NCBI RefSeq assembly: GCF_041956535.1
Contig: NW_027192213.1
Coordinates: forward strand, 115,111 to 179,110
Length of the DNA stretch: 64,000 nucleotides
Reading direction: 5' to 3'
DNA from: Calcarisporiella thermophila CBS 279.70
Taxonomy: Eukaryota > Fungi > Calcarisporiellomycota
Below, one piece after another: positions 48,280 to 61,144 of the stretch. How positions within the stretch are numbered: the first letter of the stretch is position 1; each line of letters opens with the position of its first letter. The position numbers and the translations under genes are program-made. The notes beneath the pieces were generated by a model. The model was not told where the DNA came from. It saw nothing but the letters and a program-made list of their open reading frames with translations, and searched no databases.

Positions 48280-49007
48280 TTGTTATTCTACAAAGGTATG
48301 TATGCTATATGATATGTATTATTGAGTCTGTTCTGAGTGTAGGAGGGAATGGGTAGGAAATAAGGATTCGCAGCAAGAAGAATGAATGGAAAGGGAGAAG
48401 GAAAATGAAAGCGTCTCAGTGTTGTGGTGGAAACAGAGGTGGAAACATTAATGAGTGACTAACTACGGGAAAATAATAAAGTGGTCAGGGGCAGAATGAG
48501 GGGAAGAGACCTTCGGCCGAGACACTATTATCACTTATCCAACCAGTCTTCAATGCTCTGGTTTAAGGCTCTCCTGAGTTCCGTGACTTCCAAATATTGT
48601 CCATTACGATTCTCCTCGAACCAAGTAAATCAATTTGCCTAGGATTAGGATGCCCAGTATAGAAGAGATGCAGCCAAATTAATATGCATGCGACTCCTTA
48701 TTCGGCGGCTGCGTCCCCCACCTCCAATATCGAGAAGCCGATGCCGATATTGCATGCATCGCCTATAATCGCCATGCCTGTCGTCAATTCATATTGCCAA
48801 AAACTCGCTTCTTGTGGGAATAAAATGTATTAATATTATAATATTTTGTAAGCCAAGTGAGAAAAACAATCGACCAAAACATAAAAATCAAGACAACACA
48901 AAGCTTAGGAAAAATGAGAAACAAGAAAGATAAATGAGCAAGCACACAAAAGAATAGATAAAAATGTACAGGTTTGCAAATGGAAATAAATGAAAAAATA
49001 AAATAAA

Positions 49008-51136
49008 TCAAAATGTCATAAATGCAACACGACTCCTTCTCTTTATACCATCTTTGCGGACCACAGGGGGCGGAGCATATACCAATATACTCGCTGCAAA
49101 TAATCCAACGCTAATTCCCAGTGAAATGACCACCATCTGGATGGCAAAATTACTTGAATCCGTAATATCAATGCTCTTTCCGCCCATTAAATTCTGGAAG
49201 GATGTCTTCACTCCGATACTTGCTGGTACAAGCATAAGCACTCCAGTAATAATGTTTACATATGCAGTGCCGCTAGTGCCACGACCCCGCCTAAGCCTTG
49301 ATGAAATGTTGGCAAGCACTCCAACCACAAAGGCTCCGATGGCGGACGAAACTTGCGGGCTTGATCCATAACGCTTTGCTACAGCCCAGTTGACGACGTA
49401 TCCGATTACTCCAAAGAGCGACATTAGCGGCCATTGACGAGGCTCTCCTTTAAGAGGAACCACATTCAGAGAAAGACTGAAGATGGGTACGAATAGAAAC
49501 TGCCACCATTCGCTCATCCCTTGGCTGCACACACGTGTAGGATCGTCCTCTAGGGAATGCATGCCATTCGGGTGGAATATAAAATCAAAAAAGGCGCTTC
49601 CTATGGATACCCCAAAGCCGAGGATGAGTGAATAGATAAGCGAGTAGAAGAGTCGGACAGAGCCAGTGATAAGCTGCTTGCTACTGAGCTCAAGCACTGC
49701 GGCAATCAGAGGATATCCCGGAAGAATAAGGACGAGTGCACTCAACACGATGCTAGAGAAGCACACGAGCTGACTCTTACTGAGCATCACAAACAGGCGC
49801 GCCAGAAAAGAAATAATGACCGTTACAGAGATCTCGAATACATTGCTGTAGGCGGGTGATCGATTGGCGAGCAGTTGGCAACCTCCGACAATCAAACCTA
49901 CAAAACCACTTGCCAAAGAGTCTGCCCACGAACCCTGGAACGCGATGGGGGAGATTGCCATCGACGCCGATGTATATGCGAGCAGTAGCACCCAATTTTT
50001 ATAATACGGGGGGGCGTTCAAAATCTCATCCAACTCGTGCAAAGCTTCTGGAACCGCCTGTTCTTGCTTAACCACCCTTGTGTAGATACGGTTGAGTTTG
50101 ACAAGGCGTCCCATGTCGAGGCCTGAAGCGATTTTAAGAATGTGGGTTTCTGACGTGTGCGTCTCGGCGTCACCAAAGGAAACTAAAGTCTAATCATTAG
50201 GAAATGGATAAGTGAAATGGTCCATATGGGAGGTTATAGATGAATCCGACCACTTACCAAGTTGGGAAGAAATGCGAATTGTGCATCGATGCCTACTGCT
50301 TTCGAGGCCGCGTCAAGTGCGGTTTCTAAGCGATGTGATGGTGCCCCTGACATCAAGAAACCTTTACACAACCGCAGCAAAAAATCTTGGCGCTGCAAAA
50401 CATCTGCAATGGCCTCGGTGATTCTCATCCGCTCACTCGGTGGTATACTCACGTCGCTTCTTGCGTCTATACTTCGTCCATCCATACTCCATCTCTTGTA
50501 GAGGTTTTCTGCAGCGGACGTATCTCCTATGGTGCCGAGCATGGTGCCCGGAGCAAGGAGCATCTGGCCTAAAGCAGACCCTGGCACGCCGCCACTTGTA
50601 GAAGAGCGAGCAACTGAATCCCGGTATCCAAGGGTCGTCCATGAATTTCGCGATAAGAGATGCGGTCTGCGTGGGGTGGCACGCGCGGAAGATTGCGGAG
50701 AGCGGGTGCTCTGCAAGCGAAGCAAATTCGACAGGACTCCGCCACCTTCCTTGGGAACGCTGGATTTTCTCCCTCGATGATGTTGGGTCGCTTTCCTCAC
50801 AAGATCAACCGCATCCTGGATGTAATCGCTTTCTGGCTGCATCTGGGCCTGCTTCTGCTGTTCCAGGTCCTCTATCTTCTCATCCTCGTGCATACCCTCA
50901 ATGGAGGGGGCGTAGAGGGTTGTCTGAGCACTTTCCGTAATTGTGTACTGCGCCTGCGCAAGGGGCGAGTTTGGGGCCGAGATGGAAACATGCTGGGCTC
51001 TTTGTCCAGCGGGGGGGAAATAATCTGGATGTTGTAGTTCTTCGACGGGAGGAGTGATATCGAGGCGCAACTCAGCTGGACGCCGACGATTCGCACTCGA
51101 TTCCTCCCCACTACTATCCCTTAGGTTGTGGTCCAT
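49008..51136 (-). CDS. PRM10: Prm10-like ThrE-family (DUF1212) membrane protein (2 exons)
   Basis: Motifs IADVLQRQDFLLRLCKGFLMSGAPSHRLE, SFGDAETHTSETHILK...GLDMGRL and LVLILPGY...AVLELSSKQLITGSVRLFY, with about 10 TM segments. Confidence 0.88.
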
Positions 51137-52875
51137 TGACTCTGTATGGAGTGCGGGGGAGAGGGCGCTTGAACGGCGGAGAGATTGGTGAAAGGCAAGA
51201 AAGTAAAGCACAGAGGAAGAGGAGAGCGGGAAGAAAAAGATAAATAGGTGCTAAGGGGAAGCAAGATATACCGAGCGATAGAAAAAAAACGAAGTCACAT
51301 CACGTTAACCATTTTTTCACTAGTGAAAAATTGTTTTCCCTGCACCGGTGAAGGTGATAGGGGCCGGATCGGGCGGACGTTAATTTTGATATCCGTGTTT
51401 CGAAGCAAGTTGTCTATCACTCGTGCATCTGTTATCAGAGCATTGCTATAAATAAATTAAAATAGGACCCTTTCCTCACACAAAATATCCGGGACGTTTA
51501 TTTAGAGTTACTCCCTTTCCTTTTCGAATTCAGCCATTGAGTGGGTTTTCGACAGATATGCGTGCGTTTTGCCGAAACGGAGCGCAAAGCTGTCTCAGCA
51601 TAATATTCGATCTTCCTTATTTAAAGGTGAAGAGCTTTCTTCCGTTGCCCTTTCCGCAGGCTTGAATCAAGTCGCAAAAGCTCCAATCTCTGACGTCAAA
51701 TATCTCCCGGGTTAATGCAAAGTCGAACCTATTTGCCACAAATTAATCAAAAGTGGACAATGCTTTTCATCATGTCTTATTCATAATCAATGATACTTCG
51801 TTGATAATAAAGAGCAGATCCAGAGTTCAGGTTCGTAATAGAGAATCTGCCATTCTTGGTCAGCATACCTGTACGGGATGAGGAAGAACGACATGGAGTT
51901 TCCTAGTATACATGGCAGTGGTTTTCGGCCTCTCCTTTCTCGTTTTGGTATGATAGCTTGCTAACGAAAGCACGGACTAGATTGCGCCCATCTCCGTTAC
52001 AGCAAGCTAGGCCAAATGGAATGACATTGACAGCACGTTCAGCTTGAACCGTCAACAGCGTGATATTTCTTCAGGGACCCTCATTTTTTCCACATTAATA
52101 GCTTGGGCTATCCTATTCCGTAGAGGAGCACCTTTTTGATATCTAGAATTTTGCCGTCTTTGGAAACCGCTGGTAACGAATTCTCAATTTCCACTGACTT
52201 CGATCTATTCTCTCCAATCCGGTGCCCGCAATTTGACACATGAAATCCCCTCAACCTGACCCAGTATTGGTGGCCATAAATTAAGAGTTGATTAAGAGCC
52301 GGCCCCCCCTTGTGACATTAGAATTGATTCACCCATAGGCAATGAGGTTATATCAGTGTTATAGGTCGTTCCGCGTATACTTATATCCCATGACACTTCA
52401 TCTACTCTGCTCTGATCTGGGCAATCCTTCGGGGTCGGTTATTTACCGCATTGGAATTGCGGCACATGATATGCGGTGTTCAGGCCTGTATTTTCCCAAT
52501 GGTGCCAAAAGGATAAATGCCAAGTTTCATCAAAGATCTGCTGCCGCAGGTAACATCCATCTGACTCGTCTGAAATTCTTTTCGCCTAATTATGGGCCAA
52601 TTAAGAACCATTTCCTTTGATCACCAGTGTCATCACCTACCTCTCAAGGACTGCGTATGTACACACAAGTTATGAATAGGCAAGGAAGAGCCGCTTCCAC
52701 CTTCTCTGCATGAAAGTAGCCATTTGTTATGTTGCTATCACTAATGAATGAGAAAAAGTAAATTTTAACACTATATTTACGTTACTGACTCATTTTTTTA
52801 GTTATTTTTTAAACAAGAAACATAATATGTGGAAATTTTTACACTTCATGAGGAAATGGACATGATGTGTCCAAT

Positions 52876-53484
52876 TTAGTAGTCTATACAGGGACTTTTG
52901 GTGCGATAAAAAGTGAAAGGGGGATAAGGACAGATGACAGTGGCAGTTGTAATAGGACATAAACCAATCTCAAGACCATTTCTAATGGTCCTACAATCTC
53001 CAGGTCTGGGGCGGTCATCGCAGGTTCTGACGAGATAGGAGGTGAAAGGAGGATATGGGCAATGGACTACTCCTGTGGGGTAAGGACATTCTCCGGTGGT
53101 GGTGAAGAGAGTTGTTCGACATGCCCCGAGAGTAGGGTAATAACTATCACAAGACCGATAACGGGTGAAGGTGAAAGGTGGATATGGACATCTCACTTCA
53201 GCAGTGGGATAAGGACAATCGCCAGTCGCAGTTATTTCTCGTGTCCAGCATTGGCCAAGCATAGGATAATCACTCTTACAAGATTGATAACGGGTGAAGG
53301 TGAAAGGAGGATATGGACACACTACTTTTGCAGTGGGAAGAGGACATGGACCAGTCGCTGTTATAGGTTGTGTAATACAACGTCCAGGAGGAGGGGGAGT
53401 ACAGCGCGGCCTAATCTCTGGATCGGCAGAGATGATCGAGAGGATGGAGAAGAGGAATTGGAAGTACACAACGGATTTGTACAT
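52876..53484 (-). CDS. Secreted Cys/Pro/Thr-rich protein with four ~42-aa four-Cys repeats, copy 1
   Basis: Signal peptide MYKSVVYFQFLFSILSIISA, then four repeats of G.C.T..(I/F)T.TG.CP.PT..V.CPYPPFT.....C. Intronless. Confidence 0.85.
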   Translation of the reverse strand: MYKSVVYFQFLFSILSIISADPEIRPRCTPPPPGRCITQPITATGPCPLPTAKVVCPYPPFTFTRYQSCKSDYPMLGQCWTREITATGDCPYPTAEVRCPYPPFTFTRYRSCDSYYPTLGACRTTLFTTTGECPYPTGVVHCPYPPFTSYLVRTCDDRPRPGDCRTIRNGLEIGLCPITTATVICPYPPFTFYRTKSPCIDY

Positions 53485-54033
53485 TGTCTTTACTGAAATA
53501 ATGTATTATTTCAATAGAGTAGAGTTAAAATCTAATCCGAATACAGGCGAATTGAAATAATTTCTAAAGAGAAAGGAGTTAGGGCGAATAAATCGGTTTT
53601 GCAATTTTAACCCCGGAGCATCAAAAGCATCACTGCAAATGACTCTTGATATAAGGAACACATATCGTGGCTTTTCAGTTCGAAAACATAATTCTTTAAC
53701 AGTTCTAGATCTCAATACCACCTATATCATGTTGCATTTATGTAGAGCCACTGACCTCAACCGATGCATCTTCCATTAGTTTCTCGGCTGTGATATCAAA
53801 AATCGAATTCACTATATTGGTGAAGGTGAGTTCTATGTGGTATATTATAATCCCTTTCATACTTTAAGCAAGGAAATAAAAGAATCATTTCGTCTGTTCG
53901 GTTTTTACACACATATTTCAGCTCAAGGATCAAAAATTCTTTTTTATTTACATTGAAATGTAGGTCATATCTGAATATGAAGAGATGTTTGATAAAAGAC
54001 ACCTAGCTCACTCACCAGAAGATCATTGACATC

Positions 54034-54633
54034 TTACCTATAATTGCAAGGATCAACAAGGCCATAGTTGTACGGGAAGGAAGGACACATTATCGTTCCA
54101 TAATTTATAGGACAGGTGAACAGAAGTGTTTTATGGTAGCTGGTCAGACAACCCTTCATCAATGGTTTACAGGGTCGGGAGAAATAGGTTGTGAAAGGAG
54201 GGTACGGGCAGTGTGCTTCTCCAGAGGTCGGGTGGGGACATCCACCACTTGGTTTATAAAGGGTTGTGTCGCACTGCCCCGGCATTGGGGTGACTTCACA
54301 AGGTTTGTAGAGGGTGGAGGTGAAAGGTGGATATGGACATCTCACTTCAGCTGTAGGATAAGGACAATTGCCTGTCGCAGTTATTCCTCGTGTCCAGCAT
54401 TGACCAAGTATAGGGTAACCACTCTCACAAGATTGATAACGGGTGAAGGTGAAAGGAGGATATGGACATACTACTTTTGCAGTGGGGACAGGACATGGAC
54501 CAGTCGCTGTTATAGGTTGTGTAATACAACGTCCAGGAGGAGGGGGAGTACAGCGCGGCCTAATCTCTGGATCGGCAGAGAGGATCGAGAGGATGGAGAA
54601 GAGGAATTGGAAGTACACAACGGATTTGTACAT
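54034..54633 (-). CDS. Secreted Cys/Pro/Thr-rich four-repeat protein, copy 2
   Basis: The first ~105 aa and the upstream ~150 bp are nearly identical to copy 1. Repeats 3-4 are diverged. Confidence 0.85.
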   Translation of the reverse strand: MYKSVVYFQFLFSILSILSADPEIRPRCTPPPPGRCITQPITATGPCPVPTAKVVCPYPPFTFTRYQSCESGYPILGQCWTRGITATGNCPYPTAEVRCPYPPFTSTLYKPCEVTPMPGQCDTTLYKPSGGCPHPTSGEAHCPYPPFTTYFSRPCKPLMKGCLTSYHKTLLFTCPINYGTIMCPSFPYNYGLVDPCNYR

Positions 54634-55133
54634 TGTCTTTACTGAAGTAATGTATTATTTCAATAGAGCAGAGTTTAAATTAGTACCGAATACGGGCGAA
54701 TTGAAATAATTTTCTGAGAAAAACCAGTTAAGGCGAATAAACAGTTTTGCAATTTTAACCCTGGTGCATCCAAAACATCACTGCGAATAACTATGAACAA
54801 TAAAAAATAATGCCAGATCATTTTGATAAATTTGGTAGCGATAGGTAATACACACTCATTCATACCATGGTGCACACATTTGAGAGCCACTCTGAATCCG
54901 ACCGATACACCCGGTATCAATTCCTCGGCGTTAAATCCGTTGGGAGCTTATATTGTAGAAAGGGCTGATTTAATAAATTCAGAAACAAAGTTGAAAATCG
55001 TATTTAGGTAAACTTATTTACGCTATAGCCTGACCTACCTTAACTCATAATATGTAAAATTATTTTTGATCGATATTATGCAATACATTATTGCAATGTG
55101 ACACCCGTCTCCCTTACTAAAAAAAACCGTATA

Positions 55134-55800
55134 TTACAAATGACCACAGTGATCGACTACAGTGTAGTTGAAGAAAGTGCACATTATCATTTCCTTATGT
55201 ACAGGGCATGTTTCTGTAATGAATGTATAAAAGTTATTCTTGCAGTCTCCAGGTAGCGACTCGCAGGGTCTGGAAATATGAGTTGTATTAGGAGGAAAAG
55301 GACAATATACTACTCCAAAAGTCGGATGTGAATACCTACTGGTTGGTTCAAAAAGTGCTGTGTCGCATTGTCCTAGTGATAGGACCTCTTCACAAAGTTT
55401 ATAGTAGTGTGGAGTTGGAATCATAATAACCACAATCTTCCACTGCGATTGGATGTGGACACTGTCCAGTCGCAGTGATCACCCTTATTGCACAACCCAT
55501 AGAGGCGACCGGGAAAGCTATGAAGGACCTAATGGAGGTATTTGTCAACAGTAGCTGCATCTCTAGTATTCTAATTGATGTTAATCTTTTATTTTGCAAG
55601 CTTTGCTATATAACATGCGCAATATGCTTTGTAGAGAATGAATACAATTTGCATAAAACTTCAACCCCCGAATAATGAAAACGGATATATAATGTCCGAA
55701 TACATTCTATGGGTTTGTGAATTTGATCGGTAGTATTCACAATAAAAAACACTGCGCTGATTCCATGGAGATAGCATAGGAAACTATGAATTTTTAACTT
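55134..55800 (-). pseudogene. Degenerate third copy of the Cys/Pro repeat family
   Basis: Fragments GCAIRVITATGQCPHPIAVEDC and GQCDTALFEPTSRYSHPTFGVVYCPFPPNTTHISRPC...GDC...TCPV...IMC...VDHC lie in different frames, with one conserved Cys lost. The 5' boundary is uncertain. Confidence 0.65.
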
Positions 55801-56322
55801 TTGATTTTCATTATTATATGACACTGAGTATCTTCAACTGCCAGTACATTTTGGCTTGAAATTTACATCTTTACGCCCTCGTCGTAAAATGGTGACAGTT
55901 TTCACTAAAAAAAGGAGAGAGGGGGCTAATATACGAGAAAAAAGGAGATTCGACTCCTGACTCCTGGCTATAAAGTAGCATTGGATTCCACGTTGGATAT
56001 TTGACAGGGGATTGTAAATTCCATTATATAGGCCAAGCACAAATGTACATTTTATTTTTTCCTAGGATCCATTCCGCGGCAGAAAAAAGGTGAGGATAGT
56101 GTATTCAAAAATTCAATATGCCTCTTATGGATGGATTTAAGTTTCACAAAGTCGTTATCCCTGGAACAAACAAAGCAATTATAAAAAGTCCCCGAGAAAA
56201 GAAAAAAAGAGGGTATAACCCGCATGGGTATTGACTTTCGAATAATCAGCCATGAAGAACGCGTTTAAAAAAGCAGAGTCACTGGCTATTTTCCTGCTCG
56301 GTTTTATTGTTCTTAGAGCTTA

Positions 56323-56924
56323 ATGCGACTCGTCTATACTACGACGCTTTTGTTGTTTACCCTCGCGGAGGGTAATATAGTCGAGATCTCCTCTGGCGAT
56401 AACAAGTTTGATCCTTCTGTTATAACAATAAGAGTTGGAGACATTGTGACCTGGCGCTTTAAAGAAGGACCACACTCTGTGACGCAAGCACTGGCTAGTG
56501 CTCCTTGTAAGCCTGCTTATACTGGGTTTGATTCTAAAATTATGTCCAAAGGAGGTGAGAAATATATATCATTATAATGCCGGATATACTATTATTTTGT
56601 GCGCGGCTCTCTCAACCCTCGTTCTCTCTGACTGTAGATACATTCAACCTGACCTTCGATCGTCCCGGGATAGTTAATTATTTTAGCGCTGTAGGAACCA
56701 AGTGCCAAGAAGGAATGCGGGGGAAGTTGCTGGTTATTCCACTAAGTGGAATAATATCTTCAAATTTTCGAAAAGGCGAAACAGAACTGTTACAGCGTAT
56801 CACTTCTGCTGGCTCTTCCATTAATACCCCCTCAAGATATGCAATATTCGCATTATTAATAGCTGTAGTTCATAACCTTTCGGTGTTTTTTTCCCCTTAT
56901 TTTTCATTGCAACATGCATCCTAG
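56323..56924 (+). CDS. Secreted, probably GPI-anchored cupredoxin-fold protein (intron ~56555-56637)
   Basis: Signal peptide, then FDPSVITIRVGDIVTWRF...HSVTQA...PC...GFDS...FNLTFDRPGIVNYFSAVGTKCQEGMRGKL and a hydrophobic C-terminus. Confidence 0.8.
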
Positions 56925-57130
56925 CAACTTGTATATAACCATTACGAAAATGGCATACTTTGTAGATAAATATATAATAAAAATATAAAATATAAAATAG
57001 CAAAAATAAACAGTCAAGTGAATATGGTAGAACATTAGTGTTATATACAAGTAATAGTAAATATCTCTGATATTACTATTAAAGGGGAAATCGATATACA
57101 GCCTCAAATAAACTCTATGAGAAGGGTCTA

Positions 57131-60100
57131 TCATGAATCGGATTTCACGTCCCAATTCTCGTTTCTCTTAGATATTTTGTCGCGCTCTTTCCACTTTTCT
57201 AGCCAGGCGGTAAAGTCAAATTCTTTATCAGAATTTGTAAGCAGAAAAGGATGTTGAAGTAGCTCGGAAGCTTTGGGTCGCTTATCCGGGTCACTAAAAA
57301 AAAGGAACTGTTAATGATTCCGTATTGGATTGTAGTTCAGGCTAGAATATCAGCTCACATCACAAAGCACTTTTTCAAAAAGTCTCGAGCATCCTCAGGG
57401 ATGTCGTCCGGAACAGGTGGCTCCAGTTTCGAGATATTCACCAGCGCAGCATAAAAAGCTACCCCGTGCCAAGGTCGGTTACCCGTCAGCATCTCAAGCA
57501 CAAGCCCGCCCAGCGACCACACATCCACTTTAGCACTGTAAGCGCCTCCTTGGAGGACCTCAGGGGCCATCCAATATAGTGTGCCTTTAAAAGACATGTG
57601 AGAATTCTGCTCATATGCTTCTCCTCGATTATTGACCTTCGATAGACCAAAATCTGTGATCTTGCATGTGCCACAGGGATCAATAAGAACATTGCCGCCC
57701 TTGATATCACGATGAAGCAACCCCCGGTCGTGGAGATACGCTAAGCCTCGTGTGATCTGCCTTGTAAAGTGGCGAGTGAGTGCTGGCTCAAATGGCCCAT
57801 ATTGGTTCAGACAGCTCTGCACCGAGCCACCCGATACATATTCAAGGAAGAGGTTGAGCTCTTTGTCAGTGACTTCGAATCCAAGGTACTGAACAATGTT
57901 CTCGTGTTCAAGCGTCTGTAGTGTATTGATTTCTGAGCGGAGTGCGTGCACCATGCTTTGCTGGCGTTCACTTCCGTCTTCAAGGAAATTCGAGGGGAGC
58001 TCTACCTGTTTTACTGCGATCATTTCTCCAGTAGTAACATTTAGTGCATGGAATACTTTTGCGAACGATCCGCGTCCAATTTGCTTGCCTTTAATCCATT
58101 GAAACTTGGGTGAGGAGGAGATCCCTATAACCATGGAAAATTCCAATAGTATAAGCTTGAGAAACGAATTTTTAAAATACTAAATCTAGGGTTACCAAAT
58201 GTAGCTTCGAGCACATGCCCTGGTTCTTCAACTTCCACTTTAGATGCGCGTCTTCTCAGAGAAGATTTCATTTCTGCAACCTGGGCGCCCCACATTTTGG
58301 AACTTTTCTGGCGATGTAGCGAAATCTTAGATGTTGCTGGGCGAGGAAAAAGGCGGGAAAAAGTTTTGTTTTCCACTAGTTCAGATTCATCGCCTTGTAA
58401 GTTTTGGTGGCGTGCCTTATTTACCATGGCACGAATCGAAGCTTTATGAATCAAGCCTGGCTTCAATGGGTAGGATATCTCTTGTACGTCCTGCGTAACC
58501 GCCACGATAGGCCGATCCAAATCATGATCCAAAAAGTATTGATCCAAGTGATTGTACACCATCTCAAGGGGGGGGCGATCTCCCCAAAAATATTCTTCCT
58601 TTTCTTCATATTTCCGGATTCCATCGATAGAAATTTGGGTGTTATCAGGCTGATTGATGTTTTTTTGTGGGCCTTCAATTGGGGTAGGCTCGCTACTTGC
58701 TTGCTCTTTTGTTTTGGTATCATCCCCATCCCCTGTGTCAATTCCTATCTCTTTCATAAAATCATCCAACACTCCGATGACATCTTCGACTGTTTTACCT
58801 CGCTGGCAATTTTCTGAGTACAGATGTACATCAGCAGCGGGAGAGGTACTTGAGACAGAGGGAGCAGGCATGCTTTGTGGTGAAGGATAAATTATAGGAA
58901 CGTGAGTATTCTGTTGTCGAATTGGGAAAGAGCCGCCAGGGAACATGAGTTGAGGATGGACGAAGCGGCCGCCATAAGGAAGAGGGTGGACGTAAGGGGG
59001 ACGGTATCCAGGCATGAGCATCATCTGTGGCACAGAATATGGGTAGTTGTGAGGAAGATTCGCGCGCGGCAAGTATGCTCCAGGCAGGTAATGTAATGTT
59101 CTCCCGGCCATTGGAGGAATAGGTCTACCAGGAGGTGCAACAAAGCCATGTCGAATATCTCCAAAGCTGCGTGCCGTTGGAGGCATAGGGGATGAAGGAT
59201 CGGCTCGGGAAACTGCGATAGGCTTCGTAGCAGGGTCGAGAATTTTTTCTACTTCCGGTTGGCCAGCCTCTTCTTTCTGAGAAGAGCGATGGCTTACTAT
59301 AGAAGGTGAGTTAGATAAATCAGGTGGAATATGGTTGATATCAGAACTGCTTTGGCGTGGTTGCTGAGGTTCAGACGCGCGTTCTGAGTTATTGGAGGTG
59401 GGTTCAAGTGGATGCACGCTTGAAGGTTTCGTAATCTGAGCTTGGCTATTTAACAGAGGTGAGTTTATCGGTAAGATGGCAGGCGGCGAAGGATGACTAT
59501 CATAATTAGACACATTGCTTGCGGTAGAATCAGTTGCCCATTGTGAAGCCGGCGCGCTGGGTATAATTTCTGATGGCGTTTCTTTACTCTCATACTGTCG
59601 CAGCAGGATTTTAGCTGGCGAATTATCAGTCGATGAATTACAAACGCGCATCAACTCTTGATCGGATAGCAGCCGTTCAGTGACTTAAGGAGAGAGATTA
59701 AAATTCAAGAAATAGACTGCATAAGACTAATGCAAAGTATTTGTTTACCTCCTGTTAATGTATCGACCAAGAATAAAGAGTGTTTTTCCCATTCGCCCTG
59801 TATCATATATCGCTTTCTCAGTTCGTCATATATCTTTTTCCGTATTAGGTTTGGAAGTTCGACACCCGTCACTTCGACCTCAAAATACACGAGCTTATTA
59901 ACTGACACTCTTATAAAGTTCTAGGATAAATTAATTTCGTAAAAATCTTGGATTATAACCGATAATGATAACAGAAATAAACTACCCTAGGTTTCGGGGA
60001 TTCATACAGCTACCAGAGTTAAAAATAAAACTATTAATATGTATATCGTGCATTAATTTGAGATTCGAAGCATTACCACAGAGCTACTATTACTAGCGGA

Positions 60101-61008
60101 TCGACTCCGACTATGCGTGAAAGATTGTGTCAATGAGTCATAGGAAGTCTGCGGACTCCTTTGCGGAGTACCTTCTACCGTAGAGATGGGTGGTGTCCAG
60201 CTCAGTTGTAGTGGAGGCACATATACACAAGGTAATGTAGGGCAGCCGTCTCTCTTGTAAATAGGTGGTTTCATCGAGGTTGAATTCGAAGGAACAATTT
60301 CCGGAGCATTAGAAACAGGAAGTGAATACTTATTAGAAGAGGTATAGCTATAGTAGGTTCCATGATTGCTAGCTGCAAAGACTGGGTGTTCACTTTGTTT
60401 TGTGGCAACCAACGATCCGGGAAGGCTTCTTTCACTAGAGGTTACCGCATTCCCATTATTTGGTGCAGAATACCCTAATCCACGTAAAGATGGGGCTACT
60501 GGTGTTGTTGGGGAGACACTAGCAGCATTTGAAGATGCACCGGAAGGAGAGGTTCCATATTCGGCGAAATCAATGTTCATGTTTTTCCGTGTAGAAAGGA
60601 AATTTGTGGGCTTTCGTGAGATAAGCATTTGGATTAAATCGCGGATTGCTGAGAGAAGGAATTTCTTCTCTGTGGAGCTTGCTGGGAACCACCATAATTC
60701 ATTTTGTGATAATCCAAAGAATTTTCGACCGCAAATCTCACGCTCTATTTAACAAGGGAATAACCATGTTTGAATTAGATAATCAACTAAACAAAAAGAC
60801 ATTCTGTCGTGCGATTACGAATTCATAATCCTTCCTGTTCAATTAGTACATAATGGCAATGAGGCATACCTTTGAATGATTTACTGTATCGACCGAATCC
60901 ATTATCTTCGAGCCAGCGTACAACGCGGTTGACATCCCATTCATGAAGTACATTTTCATCGAGCCGTTCAATATCTGATGGGTAGCATGGAGAAATGTTT
61001 TCACGCAT
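57131..61008 (-). CDS. BCK1: MAP kinase kinase kinase, Bck1/Mkh1 type, with an N-terminal SAM-like domain (multi-exon)
   Basis: SAM-like EWDVNRVVRWLEDNGF, a Bck1-type motif WGDRPPLEMVYNHLDQYF..HDLDRPI, and the kinase FQWIKGKQIGRGSFAKVFHALNVTTGEMIAVKQVELP...HRDIKGGN...DFG...KGTLYWMAPE. Confidence 0.8.
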
Positions 61009-61144
61009 CACATCCAATCATTAGTTTCATTAATCGCCTAATTTTTTTCAGTCGGTTTTGGAGAGTAACTGTCAAATATAAAAATAGATTGGGGGCTTAA
61101 AGGACACGGATACCCAAAAGTTTGCGTCATAAAAAATGACGTTA

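Noticed and set aside
51248-52860. 1.6-kb stretch with no assigned gene
   Set aside because: No ORF with recognisable motifs, no repeats and no RNA-gene signature; treated as promoter or intergenic DNA.
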